Below, one piece after another: positions 28,481-36,693 of a DNA stretch of 64,000 nt. Made by a program: the position numbers and the translations under genes. Numbering within the stretch: position 1 is the stretch's first letter; each line of letters begins with the position of its first letter. The notes beneath the pieces were generated by a model that made no database searches, was not told the origin of the DNA, and worked only from the letters and a program-made list of their open reading frames with translations. The stretch is taken from sequence record LR745208.1; one strand, 5' to 3'.

Positions 28481-30024
28481 GTGACCTTGAACTCGATTGG
28501 TTCGTGGTCTTTGGTCTCGTAACCAGCTGCCTGAAGGAACCTGTCTGCCACTGAGGAGGACCGTTCCTGGTCATCTACGGGCCCATAGGTGGCCACGCTT
28601 TCCTTGAAGGCATCCTTGATTAGACGTTCCGTCTTGGACCCCCCGTCCGGCTCCTGGGTGAACTCTGTCACGAACTCCCCAAGGCACCGCCCCAAGTATG
28701 GAGCATCCCGCTTGCCAGCGGATAGCAGGTCGTAGGCGGCTTTACGGAACTTGGCATAATCGGACCGCCATGCCTTGGCGATGACCGACAGGTGACCCAC
28801 AAGGTCCTTACGGGATACTTTGATGGGGGATGCCAGCTTGAGCTTCTTGCCAATGCCCCCCAGGAACGCCTTGAACCTGTCGATCTGGTCCCGAGTCATA
28901 TCCTCCCCCATCACAAAGTGGGCAAACACCTCTGCGAAGTCCTCAGCACTCGCTTTGGCCCCATAGCTGGAGACCGCCGCCACTTCCCCATAGTAGCGGT
29001 CGAAGTTGGCCCTGTCCACTGCGTTGAGCCACCGGTAATAGAGACGATGCCCTGTTTCATGAATCATCAATTCAGTGATTCCATTACCTGGATCCGAGTA
29101 GATGTAGATGGTGTCTTTGTTGGGCAGGTAATGGCCCCCCACGCCCAGTTCGGTCCCATACTGGTTCTGCCCCCCGCACTCCTTACAAGTGACAAAGACG
29201 GCCCCATACCAGAGGAACCCCAGTCCCCTACGTTCCAGGAGTGCTTTGGCCTTGATAAGGTGTGGGATGTAGTTCTTCAGGTCTCTAGGGGACCGAATGT
29301 CCTTCCCCGGGTCTGCCCCTACGGGACTGAACTTCCCCTCGAAAACTAGCTTCATGCCCCCGATATTGTGCTCCAGCAAGAGCTCGTCGGTCTCAAATGG
29401 CATCCCCGCTGCCCACTTGGTAAGCCAAGCGGTGATGAACCGGAGCAACCTGCCTGATAGGATGGCATCCACCTTCTCAGCCGCATTGTTGGCCTGCTCG
29501 GTCAACCCATCGACTAGGTACCGTTCTGCCTTCAAGTGGTCTTCCCCTCCGGGCTTGTTAGCATAGAATTCCCTGATATCTGGTCGGTGCTCATGCTCCC
29601 TGGTACCGGGAGTGGTGGCATCAACCATGAACCTGACACCATCAATGGCATCGGTAAGGACTTCTCTGGCCTTGCCCAGTTCCTCCGTCACCTTGTCCCG
29701 AAGTTGGTCAATGACCGACTTGAGACCCCCATCGGCATGCTGAAGCAACCCGTGTGAGTAAAACAGGTGCCCGTAGAACTTCTCAAGCTCTACGTCCCTG
29801 AGGCGCTTTAGGTGGTCCAGGACATCATGGGGGGCATGCGGGTCAAAGGTCCTTGGGGCGAAGGTCTTTTTGACCCACAGGCGAATTCCCTTGACCCAAT
29901 TGGGATCCAGTTCCCCAGCTGTTCGTGCTTCACGAAAGGCCATCTTCGCCACTTGAGTGCCAAGAAATCGATCTACAAGGGTCTTGGAGGTGGGCATCCT
30001 GTCTACAGGGGAGGCATAGGCCAA
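28342..30024 (-). CDS. Zincin metallopeptidase-domain protein; N-terminal part of a zincin-GNAT fusion frameshifted by the duplication
   Basis: MIHETGH (HExxH) plus SSYGAKASAEDFAEVF; removing one 127-bp copy joins it in frame to 27708..28265. Confidence 0.75.
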   Translation of the reverse strand: MAYASPVDRMPTSKTLVDRFLGTQVAKMAFREARTAGELDPNWVKGIRLWVKKTFAPRTFDPHAPHDVLDHLKRLRDVELEKFYGHLFYSHGLLQHADGGLKSVIDQLRDKVTEELGKAREVLTDAIDGVRFMVDATTPGTREHEHRPDIREFYANKPGGEDHLKAERYLVDGLTEQANNAAEKVDAILSGRLLRFITAWLTKWAAGMPFETDELLLEHNIGGMKLVFEGKFSPVGADPGKDIRSPRDLKNYIPHLIKAKALLERRGLGFLWYGAVFVTCKECGGQNQYGTELGVGGHYLPNKDTIYIYSDPGNGITELMIHETGHRLYYRWLNAVDRANFDRYYGEVAAVSSYGAKASAEDFAEVFAHFVMGEDMTRDQIDRFKAFLGGIGKKLKLASPIKVSRKDLVGHLSVIAKAWRSDYAKFRKAAYDLLSAGKRDAPYLGRCLGEFVTEFTQEPDGGSKTERLIKDAFKESVATYGPVDDQERSSSVADRFLQAAGYETKDHEPIEFKVTPDNEGDNNRGWQVDKVEAFLGGKPVGYLNMSYIPVERFKRYYPRQ

Positions 30025-30034
30025 CTAAGGCCAC

Positions 30035-30601
30035 TCAATTCTTGGTCTTGTCGTCACGTTCCTGACGGACACTGGCCTCACCTTTACGGACCGAAACCAG
30101 CAATTTCTTTTGGCTTTCTGTCAATTTCATGTTCCCTGCAAAGGTCAAGGCACCAGTATCCTTATCGAAGCCCCGTGATGTCAACCCATATACCCCGGGC
30201 ATCTGGGTCTTGATGAGATTGGGATCGATGGCTCGAATCCCAATATGCCACACCATCTGAATAGATGTCCCCTGCCCAACCAGAAGGGGCTGATTTCCAT
30301 ACTCCGCCGACTGACGCTCCCTATAGAGGGTGATACCCGAGGAAATTGTACGAAGTTCCAGGTCAAAATAGGAGACGGGGATTGGGGTGGCTGGCCGATC
30401 GAAGTCCAGCTTCAGCGGAATGACCAGCTGAAGGTCTCCCAGGGTCACAGGTGGATTGGGGACATGGCCCCATCCGTGGACGATCACCTGAAGGTCCTTG
30501 GCCTCAATGAGCCGGGAGACAAACTCCTGCTCGATTTCGGACATGGGGGTATACATGCCACTGGGATTCTTGCCCCCGAAGGGGTTTCTGTCATCGCTCA
30601 T
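30035..30601 (-). CDS. Hypothetical protein, 188 aa
   Basis: Clean ORF in a tightly packed minus-strand cluster. Confidence 0.65.
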   Translation of the reverse strand: MSDDRNPFGGKNPSGMYTPMSEIEQEFVSRLIEAKDLQVIVHGWGHVPNPPVTLGDLQLVIPLKLDFDRPATPIPVSYFDLELRTISSGITLYRERQSAEYGNQPLLVGQGTSIQMVWHIGIRAIDPNLIKTQMPGVYGLTSRGFDKDTGALTFAGNMKLTESQKKLLVSVRKGEASVRQERDDKTKN

Positions 30602-30813
30602 TTGCTAGGTACCTTAGGGGAGGAGGGCATCGAATCATAGAGGCTCAAGGCGTATTGGCGCACTACCTCTTTGGGAAGGCCGACGAAACTCTTGAAAACG
30701 AACCAGTTAAGCAGGGCCAACTGGCGGACACTGCGCCCCTGCTTGTCATATGGATAGCTTGCTGCATACCGCTCAAGGTCCCTTCGATCATATGGGTTTC
30801 CGCCAGACATCAC
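30598..30813 (-). CDS. Small hypothetical protein, 71 aa
   Basis: 4-nt overlap with the downstream gene. Confidence 0.5.
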   Translation of the reverse strand: MMSGGNPYDRRDLERYAASYPYDKQGRSVRQLALLNWFVFKSFVGLPKEVVRQYALSLYDSMPSSPKVPSK

Positions 30814-30837
30814 ATCACCGTTACACTTTTAGGCCAC

Positions 30838-31248
30838 CTACATAACAGTGACGTAACAGGCCCTAGGAGCTTCCTTACTCCCTACAGGGGCAGGCACAGC
30901 ATAGAAATCCACGGTGGCCCCTCTCATCGGAATGCTCTTGGAAACCACCTCAGATTTGTGCAGGTAGAAGGTCTTACCCCCCTTGGTACGGATGAACCCA
31001 TATCCCTTAACGGGATCGTAATTGGTCACCAGCCCTGTGAACTTAGCGGGAACTGTCAGACGGGTCACCGAGAGGGCCTTATTAGAGTCCGGCTCCTTCT
31101 CGAAAGACACTGGCTCCCCTGTAATGGGAGGAGCCCCCTCTTGGCTATCGAAAGCCGAGAAGTGGAAGAAGACATCCTCCCCCCCATCCCCGGGGACCAC
31201 AAACCCGTAATTCTTCTCGGCCAGATATCGTCTAATGGACCCTATCAC
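30838..31248 (-). CDS. Tandem cold-shock domain protein (two CSDs)
   Basis: KNYGFV...EDVFFHFSAF and KGYGFI...TFYLHKSEV (RNP1/RNP2 twice); GTG 31248 with SD GGAGG at 5 nt (track start 31260). Confidence 0.9.
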   Translation of the reverse strand: MIGSIRRYLAEKNYGFVVPGDGGEDVFFHFSAFDSQEGAPPITGEPVSFEKEPDSNKALSVTRLTVPAKFTGLVTNYDPVKGYGFIRTKGGKTFYLHKSEVVSKSIPMRGATVDFYAVPAPVGSKEAPRACYVTVM

Positions 31249-32423
31249 CATACCCTCCAAACATTATAGCTCCGAAACACCAGATCTTCCGGTTTGGCAT
31301 TCCGATAAACCCGGACCCCTGTTTTTAGTGTCTGTAGGGTGATTAGACCTTTGTTACTAACCCCTCCAACGTAAGTCAGGCCATATTTGGGATGGGACAC
31401 CAAAGAACCCCGCTTAAACCCAGAACTCCTCGTCCCCCCATAAGGTTTCCTGATTCCCCCGACGGCAGGAACCATCACATGCAACTGCCTACGATGGAAC
31501 CTAATAGGAGAGATACACAACATATTGGTGTTCTCAGGGAGGGTATGCCCACCAACTAGCCAATTGGCTAGGACCCAGCTATCCACACAATGAGCTGCAA
31601 ATACCTCAGACAACTTGGCTTTGCTCTTCTTCAATCCAACGGCATCTCGAAGAGCCTTGGTTTCCCATCCCTGCTTGAGATGCACCTTCCCAAATTGCTC
31701 AAGTTCCTTGTAGAACCACGTCTTTCCAATCTCCAAAGGGGAGAAACTCTTGTTCCACTTCCGGACCCCTTTGACGGTTCGTGCCTTGATGTCCTCCACA
31801 ACCAGATCAGTAATGGGGAACATCTTGGCCAATTGAGCCACAATTCTTATCTTCCACTGCCATCTAGCTTTGGTGCTTGGAGCTAAGCTCCCACGTTGCT
31901 TCCGATTCATCCTGGATGCTCGATAGGGGGTCTTCCTGGATCGCCGGGTTCTCCTCATCATCCGTCGGGTTTCCACTGCATCCTTGACATGCTGGACGGC
32001 ATCGGCTTGAATATTGAGGAAGGTGTGGGCCTTTGACTTAACTGTGAACCCTTCCTTCTTGGACCCAGGATCAATCCCTACTGCTATTGGTTGTTTCTCC
32101 TGGGCGGAGGGCTCCCGATTGAGGCGGACACAGAAGATCCCCCGCTTGAAGAACGGGGTGGCTTCCTTGTTCTTGATCCAACGTCGAGCCCTACTTGGGG
32201 TTGTTGGCATCAAGGGTTTTTGATTGCTATCTACGACTGGAACTACCTGATAAGGCCCTCTTTCGAGGGTGTGTACACCACTTCGACGCTGATCTACCGA
32301 GGGAAGCAAGGCTAGTGGGGCACCCTGCATGTCGCTCGCCCTGCCACGGGCAGTAGATTCAGCCGATGGCACGGCGCCATCCTGTCTAGTCAACCGTTTT
32401 CTCCTGTTGGTCTGCGTTAGCAT
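31245..32423 (-). CDS. isrB: IsrB (IS200/IS605 OMEGA RNA-guided nickase; PLMP + split RuvC + bridge helix, no HNH)
   Basis: KPLMPT, RuvC-I VGIDPG, bridge helix RRMMRRTRRSR, RuvC-II VVEDIK, RuvC-III HCVDSW; no room for an HNH domain; conserved core starts near codon 60 (32246); true start uncertain. Confidence 0.88.
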   Translation of the reverse strand: MLTQTNRRKRLTRQDGAVPSAESTARGRASDMQGAPLALLPSVDQRRSGVHTLERGPYQVVPVVDSNQKPLMPTTPSRARRWIKNKEATPFFKRGIFCVRLNREPSAQEKQPIAVGIDPGSKKEGFTVKSKAHTFLNIQADAVQHVKDAVETRRMMRRTRRSRKTPYRASRMNRKQRGSLAPSTKARWQWKIRIVAQLAKMFPITDLVVEDIKARTVKGVRKWNKSFSPLEIGKTWFYKELEQFGKVHLKQGWETKALRDAVGLKKSKAKLSEVFAAHCVDSWVLANWLVGGHTLPENTNMLCISPIRFHRRQLHVMVPAVGGIRKPYGGTRSSGFKRGSLVSHPKYGLTYVGGVSNKGLITLQTLKTGVRVYRNAKPEDLVFRSYNVWRVW

Positions 32424-32473
32424 CGCTTTCCTTTAGGCCCCATCACCCTCTGTTAAGGGAGAAGGGTAGTTAC
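32256..32473 (-). ncRNA. Putative omega-RNA scaffold of IsrB
   Basis: 5' GTAACTACCC..CCCT-TAACAG-AGGG..GGGGC; GTTGACTAG (32386-32394); hairpin GATGGC/GCCATC; GCAGGG-TGCCCCACTAG-CCTTGC; CCACT/AGTGG complement; terminal CCCTC-GAAA-GAGGG. Confidence 0.75.
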
Positions 32474-32884
32474 TGGGGCTGTATTGCCAACTGCACCAGC
32501 GGCACCTTGTAGGAGCACCTTGAGCATCGTTTGACCGATTGCCACCAAAGCGTCTACAATCTGTTGAAGAATCACGTGAACCTGATCCTTCGTATCTGCC
32601 TCATGCTGCTGGAGGACTGCCAATAGGTCACTGGCCTCCCTGAGAGTAAGCTTGCTCTCAAACAGGGAGATGTCGATCTTTCCCTTAATGAGATCAGCAA
32701 TCAGGCCCTTCAGGTAGCCAATCGCCTCATGGCCCTCACGAGATGCGAAGTTGATTGTGATGTCCACCAGGGACTTCTCCCAATCCTTCTTAGCATTGTC
32801 CCTAACCGCCTGAAGCTGAGCCAGTGCCACTGGAAGGGCCTGAGTCTCCAGGAGGTTGAGGATGGTGTCTTGAATGGATGGCAT
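32453..32884 (-). CDS. Hypothetical helical protein, 143 aa; last six codons overlap the omega-RNA 5' end
   Basis: Clean ORF; terminal VTTLLP* is encoded by GTAACTACCCTTCTCCCTTAA. Confidence 0.65.
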   Translation of the reverse strand: MPSIQDTILNLLETQALPVALAQLQAVRDNAKKDWEKSLVDITINFASREGHEAIGYLKGLIADLIKGKIDISLFESKLTLREASDLLAVLQQHEADTKDQVHVILQQIVDALVAIGQTMLKVLLQGAAGAVGNTAPVTTLLP

Positions 32885-32887
32885 GGC

Positions 32888-33259
32888 TTAGTTGCCCCCG
32901 GGGTCGGCTGGCAGGTCACATGTCTGAGCTGGGATAGCTGGTGCCGCCCCGGGGTTCGTGTTCGTCAGCGAACCATTGTAACGCATCATAGCGTTGTGCC
33001 ATGGCCAGCGAGCGGCGTACATCAGCCACCACTCCACTCGATCATTACAGACCGTGCTGGGGCTAGCCGAAGAGCCAGCTGCCGTGGTCCAATGGCCATC
33101 AGCACACGTGCATTCAGTGGCGATTGCGTGGCGAACCTCAGGTGCACTCAGGTGCACCACCCGGTTGGCAAAAGCAATTTCTGCCTGATACACCGAGCTA
33201 TTGCGCAGGGTGACACAAGATGAGAGGACGAGGGTGAGAACGATTGCGAGATTTTTCAC
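32888..33259 (-). CDS. Putative lipoprotein, Cys-rich
   Basis: MKNLAIVLTLVLSS-C: charged N-terminus, hydrophobic core and lipobox LSSC. Confidence 0.65.
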   Translation of the reverse strand: MKNLAIVLTLVLSSCVTLRNSSVYQAEIAFANRVVHLSAPEVRHAIATECTCADGHWTTAAGSSASPSTVCNDRVEWWLMYAARWPWHNAMMRYNGSLTNTNPGAAPAIPAQTCDLPADPGGN

Positions 33260-33274
33260 TTTGAGTTGATTCCT

Positions 33275-33583
33275 TTAGCGTTTACGGTTTGGGTCTCTGA
33301 AGCCCCGAGAGTTCAGGGTATGCATGAATTGGTCTTCTACAGCTTGATCATTGAAGGGGAACGGTAGAAGCGTAGCCGGATTGGCATCCGTCAAGGCATT
33401 CAACCGGACCTGTTCATCCGCCGTCATACTGGGGAGCATGGCGAGGAAATCCTCCTTAGCCCGCTGGTTGCGAATCAATAAATCCACAATCAGGTAGTCG
33501 GGGAGGACAGCTGGATTGGTTGCATCCCCCGGTATCCCCGCCAAGTTGTTCCTGCCCTGACTATCAAGCCACCAGTTACCCAT
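33275..33583 (-). CDS. Hypothetical protein, about 102 aa
   Basis: Start refined to ATG 33583 (MGNWW) to avoid overlap with the divergent gene. Confidence 0.5.
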   Translation of the reverse strand: MGNWWLDSQGRNNLAGIPGDATNPAVLPDYLIVDLLIRNQRAKEDFLAMLPSMTADEQVRLNALTDANPATLLPFPFNDQAVEDQFMHTLNSRGFRDPNRKR

Positions 33584-33663
33584 GGCAAACAATACCACGG
33601 CTATGTTGGTATGGTGGTGTAGGCCACGAAAAAAATCCTCAACCCCACAGAAGGCAAGTCCCA

Positions 33664-33948
33664 ATGAGTGATCTTGAGAAGAATCCAGCACTAGAGCAGG
33701 AGCAAGAGGAGGATGTAGTCCTTGAGGAAGGGGACTTTGCTGTCGTCTTCAAAAGTGACGGAGACATCAAGATTATGGTGACAGAGGGGGAAACTGAAGA
33801 GAAGGATCAAGACCAACTAGAGAAGGCCGTGGGTCTGGCCGAATACATCCGGTTCGTCCTGGACAGTGAAGAGTGCCTGGAACTGTTCAAGCAGCACAAT
33901 AAGGAATATGAGGCTGCTCCCGGGTCAGGCAGCAACGTCCTCAATTAG
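33664..33948 (+). CDS. Small acidic hypothetical protein, 94 aa
   Basis: MSDLEKNPALEQEQEEDVVLEEGDFAVVF; start refined from track 33520. Confidence 0.6.
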   Translation: MSDLEKNPALEQEQEEDVVLEEGDFAVVFKSDGDIKIMVTEGETEEKDQDQLEKAVGLAEYIRFVLDSEECLELFKQHNKEYEAAPGSGSNVLN

Positions 33949-35492
33949 AACAGGTCGAGGATGGACCCGCCAATCAGTTCCTCCGCATCGGGTCCCTTGG
34001 GAGCCTTGGGTGGTTTGACGGCTGGCTTGTTGTAGTTCTCAATACGTTCCTTAGCGATCCCGAAGTACTCCTCCTCCTTCTCAATCCCAATGAATTGGAA
34101 GCCTGCTTGTAGTGCCGCCACACCCGTGGTGCCACTGCCCAGAAAAGGGTCCAAGACAGTTCCCCCCGGCTGTGTGACCAAAGAAGTAAGCCAAATCATT
34201 AGGCTTTTTGGTTTTACGGTGGGGTGATTGTTCCCCTCCCCACGGTCACTCCTGGATGCCTTGGCCACATACCGGAACACCGCAAAATCCTCAGGCTCCC
34301 AGGATGTCACAGGGAAGAACCGGCTGGCCCCCCCGGAGTCTCCTTCGCTGGGGGCCTCATCCCGTAGCTCAAACTTCCCAAAGGCATTCTTCGTCTTGGG
34401 TTCATTACGATGCCCGGACTTAGATCCACTGGTCAAAGTGCCACTCTGCCTATCCATCTCTGCAACCGGGCATCCCTCCACGCAGTCCCACTTCTCTATC
34501 TCTTCGGTCCCATCTGGTCCTATGTAATTGAAACGGGCCCTAGTCCTCTCCCCAGCCACCTCATGGAAGCCAGAATGGTTCCCCGCAATGACCCCAGGAT
34601 CCTTATGGGGTGCCACCCCACCACCGCCATCTCTCACCTTCCTTGTACCCACGCATTGACAATCAGCGGAGTGAGTCATTACCCAATTGGTTGGCCATCT
34701 CCCATTGGGCAAATTGGCGTCATATGTCTGGTTCCTATCCAACCTCTTATCCAGCCCATAGATGCCATTCACCCCACTGCTATCCCTATGCAGGGCCACG
34801 GTTCCCGTGGCCCTTGGCTGACCAGCAATCCTACAGGCATCAATGTTCAGTGCCCCCGTTCCTGTCTTGAGGACCTGAGCGGCTATGGTGAGTTCTCTTA
34901 GGGGCTTGCGAGCCATGACTATTGGTTCATGTCCAGGCTTGAGGCTGCTATTCCATCCATCCCATTGCTTGGCCTCGGGAGTAGAGGGCTCATCCCTCTT
35001 CTCTGAGGGACCTTCATCCTCAGCCCCGACATATCCCCTATGGCCATTCAAAGTTGAGGGACGAGTATCAGCCTCCCCAGGTCGAGTTTCGTTCACTTCC
35101 CGAAGAGCAATACTATCCGACCGCCCCTGTTGAAGGTAGCCGTCAATGGCCTTGCTGACATCAATTCCCTTCGGCCATCCTGACCCAAAAGTCCAATGAA
35201 TTGAGTCCCTTATGGAAAATCCAGCGCCCTCTATGGCACAGGTCATACGGTGATAAGTTCTAGTGGCACCGAAGGCCAACAAATAACCCCCAGGCTTCAG
35301 GACCCGCAACACCTCGGCCCAGAACTTAGGGTCAGCTGCAATGTTGCCCTTGTCAGTGTCCCATTTTGACCCCATGAACGAAATGAGATACGGAGGGTCA
35401 GTCACAACAGAGTCCACGGAGTCATCCGGAAGGGTCTTGAGGACTTCCAGGCAATCCCCCAACTCAAGCCTGCATCGTTCATTCACGTTCAT
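33945..35492 (-). CDS. Orphan DNA N6-adenine/N4-cytosine methyltransferase (beta-class motif order) with large insertion
   Basis: LGDCLEVL, VTDPPY, HPTVKP, VLDPFLGSGTTG; start refined to ATG 35492. Confidence 0.92.
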   Translation of the reverse strand: MNVNERCRLELGDCLEVLKTLPDDSVDSVVTDPPYLISFMGSKWDTDKGNIAADPKFWAEVLRVLKPGGYLLAFGATRTYHRMTCAIEGAGFSIRDSIHWTFGSGWPKGIDVSKAIDGYLQQGRSDSIALREVNETRPGEADTRPSTLNGHRGYVGAEDEGPSEKRDEPSTPEAKQWDGWNSSLKPGHEPIVMARKPLRELTIAAQVLKTGTGALNIDACRIAGQPRATGTVALHRDSSGVNGIYGLDKRLDRNQTYDANLPNGRWPTNWVMTHSADCQCVGTRKVRDGGGGVAPHKDPGVIAGNHSGFHEVAGERTRARFNYIGPDGTEEIEKWDCVEGCPVAEMDRQSGTLTSGSKSGHRNEPKTKNAFGKFELRDEAPSEGDSGGASRFFPVTSWEPEDFAVFRYVAKASRSDRGEGNNHPTVKPKSLMIWLTSLVTQPGGTVLDPFLGSGTTGVAALQAGFQFIGIEKEEEYFGIAKERIENYNKPAVKPPKAPKGPDAEELIGGSILDLF

Positions 35493-35493
35493 G

Positions 35494-36156
35494 TCACTGA
35501 CCCATCTTGATTTTGGCTCCCACAGGAACCTTGTTTTCCACCACAACAGGTGCCCATGGGTCTACCGCCACAAGGGCACCCCTGGCCGCCCCTACAGGAG
35601 ACGGGGGTGGTGAACCATCCAGCATTACACCTTCATCAGGGAAGGCGGTATTGGCCACCCTTGTCTCCGCCGACAAGGGCTTGACTACAGGCTTGAGGAC
35701 CCGCTCCGGCTCTGGGGCTGCTGGGGGCAAACGTTCCTTGACAGGCTTTGCTGGTTTAGCTGGCTTCCCCCTGGCCTCATTGAGCTTCGAAACAGCATCC
35801 TCCACCACCTGTGAGGTATTGGTGCTCTGATCTGGGCTTGCCAGATGGACCCCAGGAGCATCCCATGAGTCAGACCCGGGAGACCTGATTGACAAGGCCT
35901 CTGCGGCGACTTCAAGGAAGTGCATGGCCCGAAAGGGATCAAACTGATGATCCTCAGGGCTGGCAAACTGGGGATTGATGATTAGACGGTCTTTTTGCGT
36001 AGAAATTCTCTCTTGGAAATTTGAGCCTTGCCAGCCCGCATTGACACAAGTGGGGTTCCGACACCGCTTGCAGAATGTCTGCTTGAAGTCATTTGGGGGG
36101 ACGTGCTGGTCGTTACATTCGGACAGCAGGTCCAGTTTACGCTTTGGATCTGGCAT
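35494..36156 (-). CDS. Hypothetical protein with N-terminal Cys cluster and Pro-rich tail
   Basis: C...FCKRCRNPTC; TGATG coupling at 36156. Confidence 0.6.
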   Translation of the reverse strand: MPDPKRKLDLLSECNDQHVPPNDFKQTFCKRCRNPTCVNAGWQGSNFQERISTQKDRLIINPQFASPEDHQFDPFRAMHFLEVAAEALSIRSPGSDSWDAPGVHLASPDQSTNTSQVVEDAVSKLNEARGKPAKPAKPVKERLPPAAPEPERVLKPVVKPLSAETRVANTAFPDEGVMLDGSPPPSPVGAARGALVAVDPWAPVVVENKVPVGAKIKMGQ

Positions 36157-36383
36157 CAGGACCACCAACCACGAGTATCAGCTATACACCACACGGCCTT
36201 GGCGATCCCTAAACGAATAGTGCCCCCATCAAACCATTGGTCAAGAAGCCATCGATTGGCACGTCGTTTCCAGGACTCCTCATGGGCAGGATGGGCACAA
36301 GGTCCAGTGCTGTGAGGCATACGAGTGCACCTGCCACCAATACCATCTAGTGGCTTCTGTCCACACCTATTCATTGAGGGCAT
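36156..36383 (-). CDS. Small Cys/His-containing hypothetical protein
   Basis: Couples to both neighbours; RCGQ...RCTRMPHSTGPCAH. Confidence 0.45.
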   Translation of the reverse strand: MPSMNRCGQKPLDGIGGRCTRMPHSTGPCAHPAHEESWKRRANRWLLDQWFDGGTIRLGIAKAVWCIADTRGWWS

Positions 36384-36693
36384 CCTCCCTTGGGGTCAAC
36401 CGCTTGACCAATTCCGTCCGAAGCTCTGTAATCCGAGCCTCTATCTGTTCAATCTGAGCCTCCAGGGGCACATCAGTTGTGGACTCCCCCCCATTGTCCT
36501 TGGCAAATCGGGCATGATGCAACTCCACCATTGCAGTGGCTAGGTCCCACGGGATCTCCGGAATGGCCCCCGCATTAGAGAGTTCCTCCATGGCGATACA
36601 CACCCGCAAAGTGTCGTCGGCAGTTCCGGCAACCACTTCGGCCACACTATGGACATTCCGCTCCAACTCATCCAATCGCTCTTCGATGGTCAT
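36367..36693 (-). CDS. Hypothetical protein, 108 aa, coiled-coil ends
   Basis: 4-nt overlap with the polymerase stop; heptad-like segments. Confidence 0.6.
   Translation of the reverse strand: MTIEERLDELERNVHSVAEVVAGTADDTLRVCIAMEELSNAGAIPEIPWDLATAMVELHHARFAKDNGGESTTDVPLEAQIEQIEARITELRTELVKRLTPREDALNE

Noticed and set aside
31245-32423. IscB, Cas9 or TnpB assignment
   Set aside because: The PLMP N-terminus and split RuvC exclude TnpB. There is no HNH domain between RuvC-II and RuvC-III and the protein is small, which excludes IscB and Cas9. No CRISPR array is nearby.
33520-33691. Long overlap of divergent track ORFs 33520..33948 and 33275..33691
   Set aside because: Resolved by the downstream starts 33664 (+) and 33583 (-).
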